A stretch of DNA of 64,000 bases, from contig CAZEHA010000016.1 of assembly GCA_964511665.1 (NCBI GenBank), forward strand, positions 242-64,241, written 5' to 3'. Under the pieces are notes generated by a model. It had not been told where the DNA came from. It made no database searches and saw only the letters and a list, made by a program, of their open reading frames with translations. Below, in pieces: positions 18,210-26,958 of the stretch (the stretch's first letter is position 1; each line of letters opens with the position of its first letter). The translations under genes were made by a program, and so were the position numbers. The stretch comes from an uncultured Bacteroidales bacterium. GTDB lineage: Bacteria > Bacteroidota > Bacteroidia > Bacteroidales > ML635J-15.

Positions 18210-18767
18210 ATGAATAGCAATTTTGTTGTAGAGATATTAAAATACTTTGCCAAATATCCGGCAAAAAACGGAGTTTTAAAATGCTTTACCCGGTCAAACG
18301 AAAAGCTTTCGGGATATAATACCCTGCGGACCTATATGAATGCACTGCCATCGCCCGGACTTTTCCCTGAGATTGAAACATTTATATTTACAACCGACAG
18401 TACCAAGCTCGAAAACTATGTGCGCAATGCTAAGGGCTATATAATGCTTATTGAATTCGGGCAGCTGGTAGGATCAGCCCCTGACTCCATGAAAAGCGTT
18501 GATATTGACTGGTATTTTGCAGTTACCATTGCCCGTGCTGCTGATCCGGCAAACACCGATGCCATTGAAGAAGCCATTATAAGCAGCACCAGCCTCGATT
18601 TGTGTGTGAATATACTGAAACAAATGCGCCTTGATGATGTTGAAATATGCCACAAACGGCAAAATCTCGAAAGCGACGTAATACTAAGCCCGGTAGAACC
18701 GGCCATGCTACTCAATAACGTAGGTTGGACATTCACATTCAAAAAAAACCTTGACAATATATTCTGA
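18210..18767 (+). CDS. Tail completion/terminator-like protein
   Basis: Position before the tape measure gene; C-terminal VGWTFTF strand. Confidence 0.5.
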   Translation: MNSNFVVEILKYFAKYPAKNGVLKCFTRSNEKLSGYNTLRTYMNALPSPGLFPEIETFIFTTDSTKLENYVRNAKGYIMLIEFGQLVGSAPDSMKSVDIDWYFAVTIARAADPANTDAIEEAIISSTSLDLCVNILKQMRLDDVEICHKRQNLESDVILSPVEPAMLLNNVGWTFTFKKNLDNIF

Positions 18768-19168
18768 TGCCCAGCCAGATTCGCATAAAAACCCAGTTTG
18801 TTTCTTCGGTACTGCGCGAAACTGCCGAAAAAATAAGACAGCAACAACAAAAAACGGCTGTTGATTGGGGATTATTCGAAACCGGCGAACTATATAAGAT
18901 GCTCGTGGGGCACTTTTCGGTAGGTAATATTGAAGGTGGTGGCAAACTCGACATGCATTACCTTACCTATGCCCGATTCCTCGACATGAAGAATCCGCGA
19001 AGGCAAGTAAGAAAGCAGGGTTATCATATTTACAACCGTATAGTATTTGGAAGGTTGTACAATAGCGCTCTCCCAAGGCTAAAGTATGGTTTTACCGATG
19101 ACATTAAGGCGCAAATTGCGGCTGAACTAAAACAGATTTACGGCAATTCGATTGAATGCAATTTATAA
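18767..19168 (+). CDS. Neck/morphogenesis protein (HK97 gp10-like candidate)
   Basis: Basic 133 aa; TGEL and YARFLDM motifs; TGATG coupling. Confidence 0.5.
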   Translation: MPSQIRIKTQFVSSVLRETAEKIRQQQQKTAVDWGLFETGELYKMLVGHFSVGNIEGGGKLDMHYLTYARFLDMKNPRRQVRKQGYHIYNRIVFGRLYNSALPRLKYGFTDDIKAQIAAELKQIYGNSIECNL

Positions 19169-19177
19169 TGATGTGTT

Positions 19178-21865
19178 ATGGCAAAAAAACTATCTGATGA
19201 AGTCCTGAAATGGACCATAGAAATAAACGGCGACCAAGCCCGTAAATCGTTGCACGAACTGGAGCAAACAACCCGTGAACTTGAAGGCACCAACAAAAGC
19301 CTGAAAACCGAACTGGCTAAGCTCGAAGCTCAGGGTAAAAAAAACACGGCTGAATATGATGCCATAAGCAAATCAATTACGAATAACAATAAGGTTATTC
19401 AGGGTAACAAGCAACAGATGGCAGCCTTACGAGAAGAAATTGGCATTACCGGATTAACTATGCGCGAACTGCGCAGTCGTGCAAAAGAGTTACAGAACCA
19501 ACTCGATAACATGACTCCCGAAAGTGATAGTTATAATATTTTGCAGGGAGAATTGGTTAAAGTAAGATCGCGCATGGACGAACTCCGCATTTCAACAAAA
19601 GCTATGGGTTCCGACCAGAACAGCCTAAAAAAAACTACCGAAGGAGTACAGCTATCGCTTGGCGAAATGAAGAAGGAACTACGTGAACTGCGCAATATGA
19701 GTTTTGCCGGTATGAACCCCGAAGAAATTAAGCAAATTCGTGAACGCATGGCACGACTTACCGAAGAAATACGAGATTTCCAAGAACAAAATATGGCTGC
19801 TTCTGAATCTGGAATACCGGCTTTTGTTGCCGGATTACAGGGCATAGTGGCTAGTGTGCAGCTTGTTACCGGTACGTTATCTCTCTTCGGAATAGAAAAC
19901 GAGAAACTTGAAAAAAGCATGGTGCAGCTTATTGGTGTAGCACAGGCACTAGCTACCGTAGAGGATATATATGCCAGAGGCAAATTTAAAGTCATGGCAG
20001 CTACGGCTCAAGACACCATCGAAAAGGTTAAAAATACAGTGGCAACCAAAGGGCAAACCCTCGCTACAGAGGGGGCTACAATTGCTACCAGGCTATTAGG
20101 CAAAGCAATGACAAGTATGCCCTTGCTAACAGTTATTGCAGGTTTAACAGCCATTGCAGCTGGAATAGCTGTTTTGATAGTTAGAATGCGTAGCCAGATT
20201 AATACAACTAAATTGATTACCGATGCTACAAAAGCTGCGAATGAAGCAACAGCCGATGAGATTGCAAAAGTACAAGTTTTGGCAAAAGTTGCTAACGATA
20301 AAAATCAATCTCTTGAAAAAAGAAAATCTGCTATTGAGGAAATAAATAAAATATCGCCAGAGTATCTCGGAAATATCACGCTTGAAAATATTGGAACTCA
20401 AGAAAGTATAGATAAGATTAATGACTATATAATTGGAATACAACGCAAGGCAAAGGCAATGGCATACAACAAAATGCTAAGCGAGAAATATATAGAGCTT
20501 GCAGAGGCGGAAATGAACACATGGGAGTCGTTGGGAGCAGCACAAAAGGCATTTTACAAAATGACAGCATCAGGTGTAAGTGCACAATCGCAACACCAGA
20601 TAGCACAGGCACTTAGAGTCAACTCAATTTATGAAGAAATTGAAGCCATTAAGGAACTTGCCGCGGCTGAATATGATGCCAATAATGCAGGTGGCGGTGG
20701 TGGTGGTGGCGGTGGCAATAAAAATAACAATATAAATGAATTCAGTATTCCCGATGCCGATGACGATGCCGCCGAAGCAAGAGCCTTAGAACGGTTCAAT
20801 TATAGAATTGAGCTCGATAAACGAGAAGCTGATGAAAAATTGCGAATAAAAACACAGTTTGATAGTGCATTGAAGCAAAAAGAAAATGAAGCAATCGAAG
20901 AGCAAGAAGAAGTTATTCAAAATAAATTAGCAGCAGAGGAAGCTCGTAACCAAGTGCGCAGCGAACTTCGTTTGAACTCGGAACAGCAGATATATGAAGA
21001 ATCAAAAAAACAACTTGATTTTTACTTACACGAAAAATATATCTCAGAAGAGGAACATGCTAAGCTGCTGAAACAACTTGATGCCGACATGCTTAATAGT
21101 CGCATGCAAAAGTGGAATCAGGCTTTCGAGTTTATTGGAGAAATGGCCGGGCAATTTACCAATCTTGTTACCGGAATGATGGATGTTGAGCTTGAAAAAG
21201 CAGGAGACAATGAACGAAAGCAAAAACAGATTCGCAAAAAATATGCTGATTTGCAGTTTATTGCTACAATTGCAAGCATGTTTGCAAACCAAGGCCTTGG
21301 TGTAACAAAAATTTGGAGCGAATGGGGAGCTAATCCAGTATTGGCCGGCTTGCTTACCGGCGGCTTGCTTGCGGCCACCATTCCGCAAATTATGATGGCG
21401 CAAGCGCAACGCGCAAAAGTTAAGCAGCTTGCGACCGGCAATATTGGCGAGGTTATTGGCAAATCTGATGGTAGAACCTACAAACCTGATTTATTAAAAT
21501 CGGTTAAAACCGGTTTTTACAATAAACCATACATGGCTTTGTTTAACGAGAATCCTAACCGGCCGGAACTTGTTGTTGATGGTGCCACAACTGCAAAACT
21601 TAAATTAAACTATCCTGAAGTAGTTGAAACAATTAGGTATGTAAGCCAGCATGCAACCGGTAAGTACGATGCAATTACTGCACCTGGTAGCAGCACTACA
21701 ACATCACAAAATACAATACAGCGCAATAACGATCTTACTGCAGTACTAATAAATTCAGTTGAAAAACTGAACAATACAATTGATGATGGCATTGGAGTGT
21801 CATACGATAAACTCAATAAATCTGACAACGATATTACAAATGTTTTTTCGAAAACAACATTGTAG
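19178..21865 (+). CDS. Tape measure protein
   Basis: 895 aa, long coiled coils, Ala-rich hydrophobic segments, C-terminal NE..RPELVVD motif. Confidence 0.85.
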   Translation: MAKKLSDEVLKWTIEINGDQARKSLHELEQTTRELEGTNKSLKTELAKLEAQGKKNTAEYDAISKSITNNNKVIQGNKQQMAALREEIGITGLTMRELRSRAKELQNQLDNMTPESDSYNILQGELVKVRSRMDELRISTKAMGSDQNSLKKTTEGVQLSLGEMKKELRELRNMSFAGMNPEEIKQIRERMARLTEEIRDFQEQNMAASESGIPAFVAGLQGIVASVQLVTGTLSLFGIENEKLEKSMVQLIGVAQALATVEDIYARGKFKVMAATAQDTIEKVKNTVATKGQTLATEGATIATRLLGKAMTSMPLLTVIAGLTAIAAGIAVLIVRMRSQINTTKLITDATKAANEATADEIAKVQVLAKVANDKNQSLEKRKSAIEEINKISPEYLGNITLENIGTQESIDKINDYIIGIQRKAKAMAYNKMLSEKYIELAEAEMNTWESLGAAQKAFYKMTASGVSAQSQHQIAQALRVNSIYEEIEAIKELAAAEYDANNAGGGGGGGGGNKNNNINEFSIPDADDDAAEARALERFNYRIELDKREADEKLRIKTQFDSALKQKENEAIEEQEEVIQNKLAAEEARNQVRSELRLNSEQQIYEESKKQLDFYLHEKYISEEEHAKLLKQLDADMLNSRMQKWNQAFEFIGEMAGQFTNLVTGMMDVELEKAGDNERKQKQIRKKYADLQFIATIASMFANQGLGVTKIWSEWGANPVLAGLLTGGLLAATIPQIMMAQAQRAKVKQLATGNIGEVIGKSDGRTYKPDLLKSVKTGFYNKPYMALFNENPNRPELVVDGATTAKLKLNYPEVVETIRYVSQHATGKYDAITAPGSSTTTSQNTIQRNNDLTAVLINSVEKLNNTIDDGIGVSYDKLNKSDNDITNVFSKTTL

Positions 21866-21867
21866 TT

Positions 21868-21903
21868 TGTCCTTTCGCAAATAGAGCGTTTGCCATATTT
21901 TCA
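21868..21903 (+). promoter_or_regulatory. Putative phage late promoter (TGTCCTTT-N20-TATTTTCA)
   Basis: Exact TGTCCTTT, 28-nt offset; precedes the lysis and tail-tip genes. Confidence 0.65.
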
Positions 21904-21915
21904 CAATAAAAAACT

Positions 21916-22200
21916 ATGGAGACAACACTTTTAGCAATTAGTGGTTCGCTTATTCTTATTCTGCTTGGGATAATTGGTTTTTTTCTAAAGAGTTTTAACA
22001 ATAACGTGCTGCGATTGAACGAAAGCAGTATGAGCCTTGAAAAAGCAAGTGTTGAGCTAAGCACAACGGTAAAATATATGCAAGGCAACTGTAACTTGCG
22101 ACACAATGCTATTGATAAGCGGCTCGATGCGCATAGCAATGAACTAAAAATACATAGTAAGCAAATTGCATCTCTTCAAACATCAATCAAAAAAACATAA
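21916..22200 (+). CDS. Holin-like membrane protein
   Basis: Single N-terminal TM plus coiled coil, directly before the amidase. Confidence 0.55.
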   Translation: METTLLAISGSLILILLGIIGFFLKSFNNNVLRLNESSMSLEKASVELSTTVKYMQGNCNLRHNAIDKRLDAHSNELKIHSKQIASLQTSIKKT

Positions 22201-22202
22201 TC

Positions 22203-23000
22203 ATGAAAAAACACCTTGTTGCGATAATTTGCATTACAATAGTTGTTATAGCACTAATATTACCATACGTTGATGGCCTCACAACTTCATTTGTGCACGT
22301 TGATAAAACTCAAGTATCGCGGGACCGATACCTGGTAGTTGCCGGGCATGGTGCTAAATACCTGAATGTGTATCAAACACCCGGTAAACAATCGCCCGAG
22401 TGGGCAGATGGCCTTAAGATTTATGAAGGTTATAGCTGCAAGCTATTAGCCTACGACCTCGTTTACAAACTGCTCAAGGCCGACTTTGATGCTGTTTTGC
22501 TAAATCCTGATTCGTTCGACATGACACTTGTTGAACGAGCAAACCGTATTAATCAGTTGTTCAAGCTCGATTCGCGGGTAGTTGTTATATCGTTGCATCA
22601 TAATGCGCAAGCCGTTGATTGCAAAAAAGCCGACTACAAAGATAATTACGGCCAATGCGGTTATACTTCAACAGCTACAGGAGGTGCGACAGGCATCGAA
22701 ATATATACATCACCGGGGCAAACAAGAAGCGATACCTACGCAACTTATGTATTTAATGCAATGAAAGAGTCGATGCCTCAATTTACCTACAGAACCGACT
22801 TATCGGATGGCGACCCCGATAAGGAAGCAAATTTTACTATTCTTTCGGCTACTCACAGCCCTGCCATATTAATAGAATGGTTATTTATGACAACATATTA
22901 CCCCGACTGCGTTGCTATTGCAGACGACAGCATAAGAGATATATATACTACTTCTATTGTTAACGGCCTAAAAAAACACCAAAATGAACCAAAAAACTAA
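22203..23000 (+). CDS. Endolysin, N-acetylmuramoyl-L-alanine amidase (Amidase_3) with N-terminal signal/anchor
   Basis: VAGHG, E, ER..RIN, SLHHNA, GIEIY, PAILIE Zn/catalytic motifs. Confidence 0.88.
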   Translation: MKKHLVAIICITIVVIALILPYVDGLTTSFVHVDKTQVSRDRYLVVAGHGAKYLNVYQTPGKQSPEWADGLKIYEGYSCKLLAYDLVYKLLKADFDAVLLNPDSFDMTLVERANRINQLFKLDSRVVVISLHHNAQAVDCKKADYKDNYGQCGYTSTATGGATGIEIYTSPGQTRSDTYATYVFNAMKESMPQFTYRTDLSDGDPDKEANFTILSATHSPAILIEWLFMTTYYPDCVAIADDSIRDIYTTSIVNGLKKHQNEPKN

Positions 23001-23562
23001 AATAGCACTGGCAATACTCACACTGCTTGTGCTTAGCATTTCGGGCAACTATTGGTTGATTCGGCAAAACAAAAAAATGTTTGACCGATACAACGAGATG
23101 TATGATAATTTTCATGATGTTCTTATAGAGAATAACAAGGTTATTTACCTCGAAACCGAAAAGCAGCTTGCAAAACTGTATCCGGCTATCGACAGCCTTG
23201 CTAAAAAGTTGGGTGTTAAGAACATTACCAATGTTCACAACACATATTATAAGTATTACCTTGGTGACACTATTATCACACAGCTTATTGCCGACACCAC
23301 GCCCGGGATATTCACTTTCGAAATCGACACGGCCTGCATAAACATGGCAGGAATTGTTGATGTGACTTCGCAGAAGCTGAAGCTGAGCTACTTTTCCCTG
23401 TCCGATAAAATAACAACATTTTATTACCGGCAGCGCATCAGGCTATTCGATTGGAAGTGGACACCCCGTTGGGGACGATGGGATTACTCGGCTGTTACAC
23501 ATAGTAACTGTACAGACAGCATACGTACCGAAAGTATCACAATTAAAAAAAACGTAAAATAA
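22984..23562 (+). CDS. Spanin-like membrane protein
   Basis: N-terminal TM, overlaps the endolysin end. Confidence 0.45.
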   Translation: MNQKTKIALAILTLLVLSISGNYWLIRQNKKMFDRYNEMYDNFHDVLIENNKVIYLETEKQLAKLYPAIDSLAKKLGVKNITNVHNTYYKYYLGDTIITQLIADTTPGIFTFEIDTACINMAGIVDVTSQKLKLSYFSLSDKITTFYYRQRIRLFDWKWTPRWGRWDYSAVTHSNCTDSIRTESITIKKNVK

Positions 23563-25920
23563 ATGGCTCTCACTTTAACCAAAGAACCGCCAGCGATTGC
23601 CCTTAACGGCAACGACCTTGTTTACGAAATTCAAACAAACAATTATATTACTCAATCTGGTGATAAATCGTACTTGCGTTTGCTTTTTTCTGGTGATATT
23701 CCGATTGCAGATTCGCAAATAAGAATATACAGTATAGATTTTGACCTTACCTTTACTTTTGTTGAAACCCCCGACAATAGCGGCTTACAACTTAGCAATA
23801 ATTTTTTATCGGTAGAAGCCATGGCCGAAGTCATGGCCAACGCATTAGGCTTAAATTACTATATCAATAAATTTTGCGAAGTTGAATATGTTTATGGTGA
23901 AGATGAAATATCGCGAATACACATAACGTATAGAGATATTGGAAAAAATGATTTGAGTTGGCAAAATATATCAGCTGCAGGCATTGTTCAGTCTGGTCAA
24001 TATAATGGCCTGGATATAGCAACTCGCGACTCGTATAAAATTCATATTGTTGACTCTGCCGGCAACGAAATGATGAAAATACCCGACACTAACAATAAGG
24101 TAGTGTTCAATTTTAAACAACTAATTGAATTGGCAGGAGGATTTAAGTGGCCTGAAACCGAACACGAAGCATTGCTTCATGAAAATTTCGTACAATCATT
24201 TATTGTAAAATATTTCGATAAATGGGAAGGTACCGATCCACAGTTATTGTATTCGGTTGCTAAAACGGTAGTAATGGGCGCAATATCACGTAAGTCGCTT
24301 GCTTATTTAGCAGAAAACGCAACAAACTGGTATGATTTTATTACTGCTAATAAAAAATTCCTCACATGGGCTCCGGCCTATAAAATAATCGACAGTAGCG
24401 CAACCGTGAAATTGTACTTTTTTGTTACCGAAAAAATAACCGGCATGCAGGCACGTATTCGCATAAACAACGACGATGAACAAATATCATCATTGTCGGT
24501 GTTGAGTGTGAGTGATGGGGCGGTGTATGAAGTCATTGTAAGCCCCCGATTATTGTTCAACGAAAACGATATTATCGATGTTTGGAAATACGATGTTTGG
24601 TTAATAAAACAGAACGGAGACACAATATCAGAGGTAAAGGAATTTTACCTCGATTGGTTCTATCACGAATTTCGTCGCGAATTTCTCTTTAGCAACTCAT
24701 ATGAAGGTGCATACGATTCATTTGTTTTTTACGGAAAAAGCGAAGAAACAACCGAACTTTCGAACTATTTGTACGAACATCGCGTATTTGATACCGATTT
24801 GTCGGGCATTAAGCAATCAAGAACACTACTACACGACACATTCAAAGCTACTACGGGGTATTTGAATAAAGAAACCCTGTACTACTTAGACGAACTGTTG
24901 CACAGCAGCGATCGTTATGAAATTATCGGCGGCCGACTTTACCCAATATACATTACCGGCAGTAAAATATTTCGCCGTCGCGATGGCGAAGACTTGTATA
25001 AACTGCAAATTGAATATGCAAGAAGCTTTAAAGAAGAATACTACGACAATATTTTACCCTCAAGTGGTATTCCGTATGTTGCAGGGGCTACTGCTCTTCC
25101 ATCGGGAGGCGGTGGCGGTGGTGGGCATATTATTGTTGATTCTGCAGGCAGCATTAAACCACAGCGCAAATACCTGAAATTTACTGCATCGGGCATTGCA
25201 ACAGTAACAGTTACCGACGATATGCCGGGCGATACCACAATAGTAAATATTGATGCCACACAAGCCGAAGTTGAAACATCGGCATGGAAAAACATTAACC
25301 TGCAACATATCGATACAACCCCATTGAGCGCACTGTCGATACAAACCACTATCGACCTGCGCAGCGTGGTTGGTGCCGGCGATGTGGTTAAGGTTAAAGT
25401 GGGCGGCGCGTATAAATATGGGTATGTATTCAGTGTTTCCAATCAGGTAATAACATTTCGTGGCGAAGAAATAAGCGGCACAATTCAGGAATTGCGAATT
25501 GGCTACACACCTGCAGTGGGTGGTTGGTATATGGTGCCCGAAGTAGTGGCTTATGGCTCGTGGGCTGATGCCGATGAAAGCACGATGATTGCTAACGATA
25601 TACGCAGTCAGTTGAATCTTGGTGTCGATAATTTGAAAGTTCTCTGCATTAAAGCATTTTGCCGCGAAATAGATACCGGTGTGCCCAATGCTCAAGCAAA
25701 ATTAGTTGTAAAAGCCGACGGCAACAACCTTAATACTGCTCTCGAAATTGCTTCGGCAAACACATGGTACTACTCTACCGAAATAAACACAAGCAATAAT
25801 GAACTGAACAGAGTTTCGGTAATTGAATATGCAGTAACTGCGGCCACAGGTGCATTGGCGTTGAAAAACACGAAAGATTTATCTGTGCAGTGTTTTGTAG
25901 TAAAAACAAATATTCCTTAA
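23563..25920 (+). CDS. Tail tip/baseplate protein with C-terminal receptor-binding-like region
   Basis: 785 aa; FLFSNSYEGAYDS and TGYL motifs; Gly linker before a beta-rich C-terminus. Confidence 0.6.
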   Translation: MALTLTKEPPAIALNGNDLVYEIQTNNYITQSGDKSYLRLLFSGDIPIADSQIRIYSIDFDLTFTFVETPDNSGLQLSNNFLSVEAMAEVMANALGLNYYINKFCEVEYVYGEDEISRIHITYRDIGKNDLSWQNISAAGIVQSGQYNGLDIATRDSYKIHIVDSAGNEMMKIPDTNNKVVFNFKQLIELAGGFKWPETEHEALLHENFVQSFIVKYFDKWEGTDPQLLYSVAKTVVMGAISRKSLAYLAENATNWYDFITANKKFLTWAPAYKIIDSSATVKLYFFVTEKITGMQARIRINNDDEQISSLSVLSVSDGAVYEVIVSPRLLFNENDIIDVWKYDVWLIKQNGDTISEVKEFYLDWFYHEFRREFLFSNSYEGAYDSFVFYGKSEETTELSNYLYEHRVFDTDLSGIKQSRTLLHDTFKATTGYLNKETLYYLDELLHSSDRYEIIGGRLYPIYITGSKIFRRRDGEDLYKLQIEYARSFKEEYYDNILPSSGIPYVAGATALPSGGGGGGGHIIVDSAGSIKPQRKYLKFTASGIATVTVTDDMPGDTTIVNIDATQAEVETSAWKNINLQHIDTTPLSALSIQTTIDLRSVVGAGDVVKVKVGGAYKYGYVFSVSNQVITFRGEEISGTIQELRIGYTPAVGGWYMVPEVVAYGSWADADESTMIANDIRSQLNLGVDNLKVLCIKAFCREIDTGVPNAQAKLVVKADGNNLNTALEIASANTWYYSTEINTSNNELNRVSVIEYAVTAATGALALKNTKDLSVQCFVVKTNIP

Positions 25921-25921
25921 T

Positions 25922-26563
25922 ATGATTGGCCAAAACTATCATTTTGTTAACAACCAGCAATGCCGTAAATATTTTAATTTTAATAATACAGGCAGCGACA
26001 AAGCAAAAAATCCATTTTCGGGCTATTGGAGCAATTCGCCACTTGCTCAATTAACTGATATAGACAAAAAGTTTGGCGCAAAATCATATCGAAGCTCGGG
26101 CAGGCACAGTAATTTAATAGTAGATATAGACCCAAGGGGACTGCTTATCAATTTTTGGTTTAAAACACCCGAAATATCAAGCATTCGTGGTTTGTTTGCA
26201 TTGATGATTACAGGTACTACAACTCGCATTCAGGCTACGGTTGATGCTACAGGAAGAATATCAACAGGAATTTTAAAAAATAACTCATCAATATTAAGTG
26301 CAGTTGTGTATCAAAACTGCATCTACAACGAATGGGTTCAATATACTATAGCTATTTACGACAAACTGTATTATGGGCAGAATGGGATTATGGTATCGCG
26401 CGATTTTGTAAGTCAAATCGATTTTACCGTGAATGAATTAATTGTGGGGAGCTATCAAGATAGTACAACATTCATCTGGCCGGGCTATATCGATGAATTT
26501 ATGATGTTTAGCAAAACTGTACCAATATCTCAATTATCAACCATTCAAAACCGAGAAATATGA
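25922..26563 (+). CDS. LamG/concanavalin-like jelly-roll protein
   Basis: INFWFK...NEWVQYT...LIVG...GYIDEFMMF. Confidence 0.7.
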   Translation: MIGQNYHFVNNQQCRKYFNFNNTGSDKAKNPFSGYWSNSPLAQLTDIDKKFGAKSYRSSGRHSNLIVDIDPRGLLINFWFKTPEISSIRGLFALMITGTTTRIQATVDATGRISTGILKNNSSILSAVVYQNCIYNEWVQYTIAIYDKLYYGQNGIMVSRDFVSQIDFTVNELIVGSYQDSTTFIWPGYIDEFMMFSKTVPISQLSTIQNREI

Positions 26564-26958
26564 GCCCTAAATTCACAATTGTTTACCTCGACTTAGTAAA
26601 CTACGTAATTCGCCGCAGTGGTGGCTGCCGCGACACTGTTGACCTGATGCCCGGACATCCCGAACTCGTGGGAGCAGAAATTGATGATGTGATAAGCGAA
26701 AACCCCGATATATTAATTATTGACGGACAACCACGCCTGGTCCCCGATTTTGAGCACCGTCAAATTGAGCGATACAATAACGAGCAACGAGAGTTGCGCC
26801 GAATGGCTTATGCCGATGAAAACACCGGTACCGATATTGCTTTTATGAAAGCTCTCGAATTGTGTATAACGATTGATGATATTTTAAAGTGTGTTACCGA
26901 TTTGCGCGAAGCCAAAAACACAATACGCAACAAATACCCATATAAAAATGAAAGTTAA
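26560..26958 (+). CDS. Tail fibre assembly-like protein
   Basis: LRRMAY...D.AF and IRNKYPY motifs; position in the tail cluster. Confidence 0.45.
   Translation: MSPKFTIVYLDLVNYVIRRSGGCRDTVDLMPGHPELVGAEIDDVISENPDILIIDGQPRLVPDFEHRQIERYNNEQRELRRMAYADENTGTDIAFMKALELCITIDDILKCVTDLREAKNTIRNKYPYKNES

Noticed and set aside
20690-20716. GGT/GGC microsatellite (also near 25105-25125)
   Set aside because: In-frame glycine linkers; triplet changes would not switch phase
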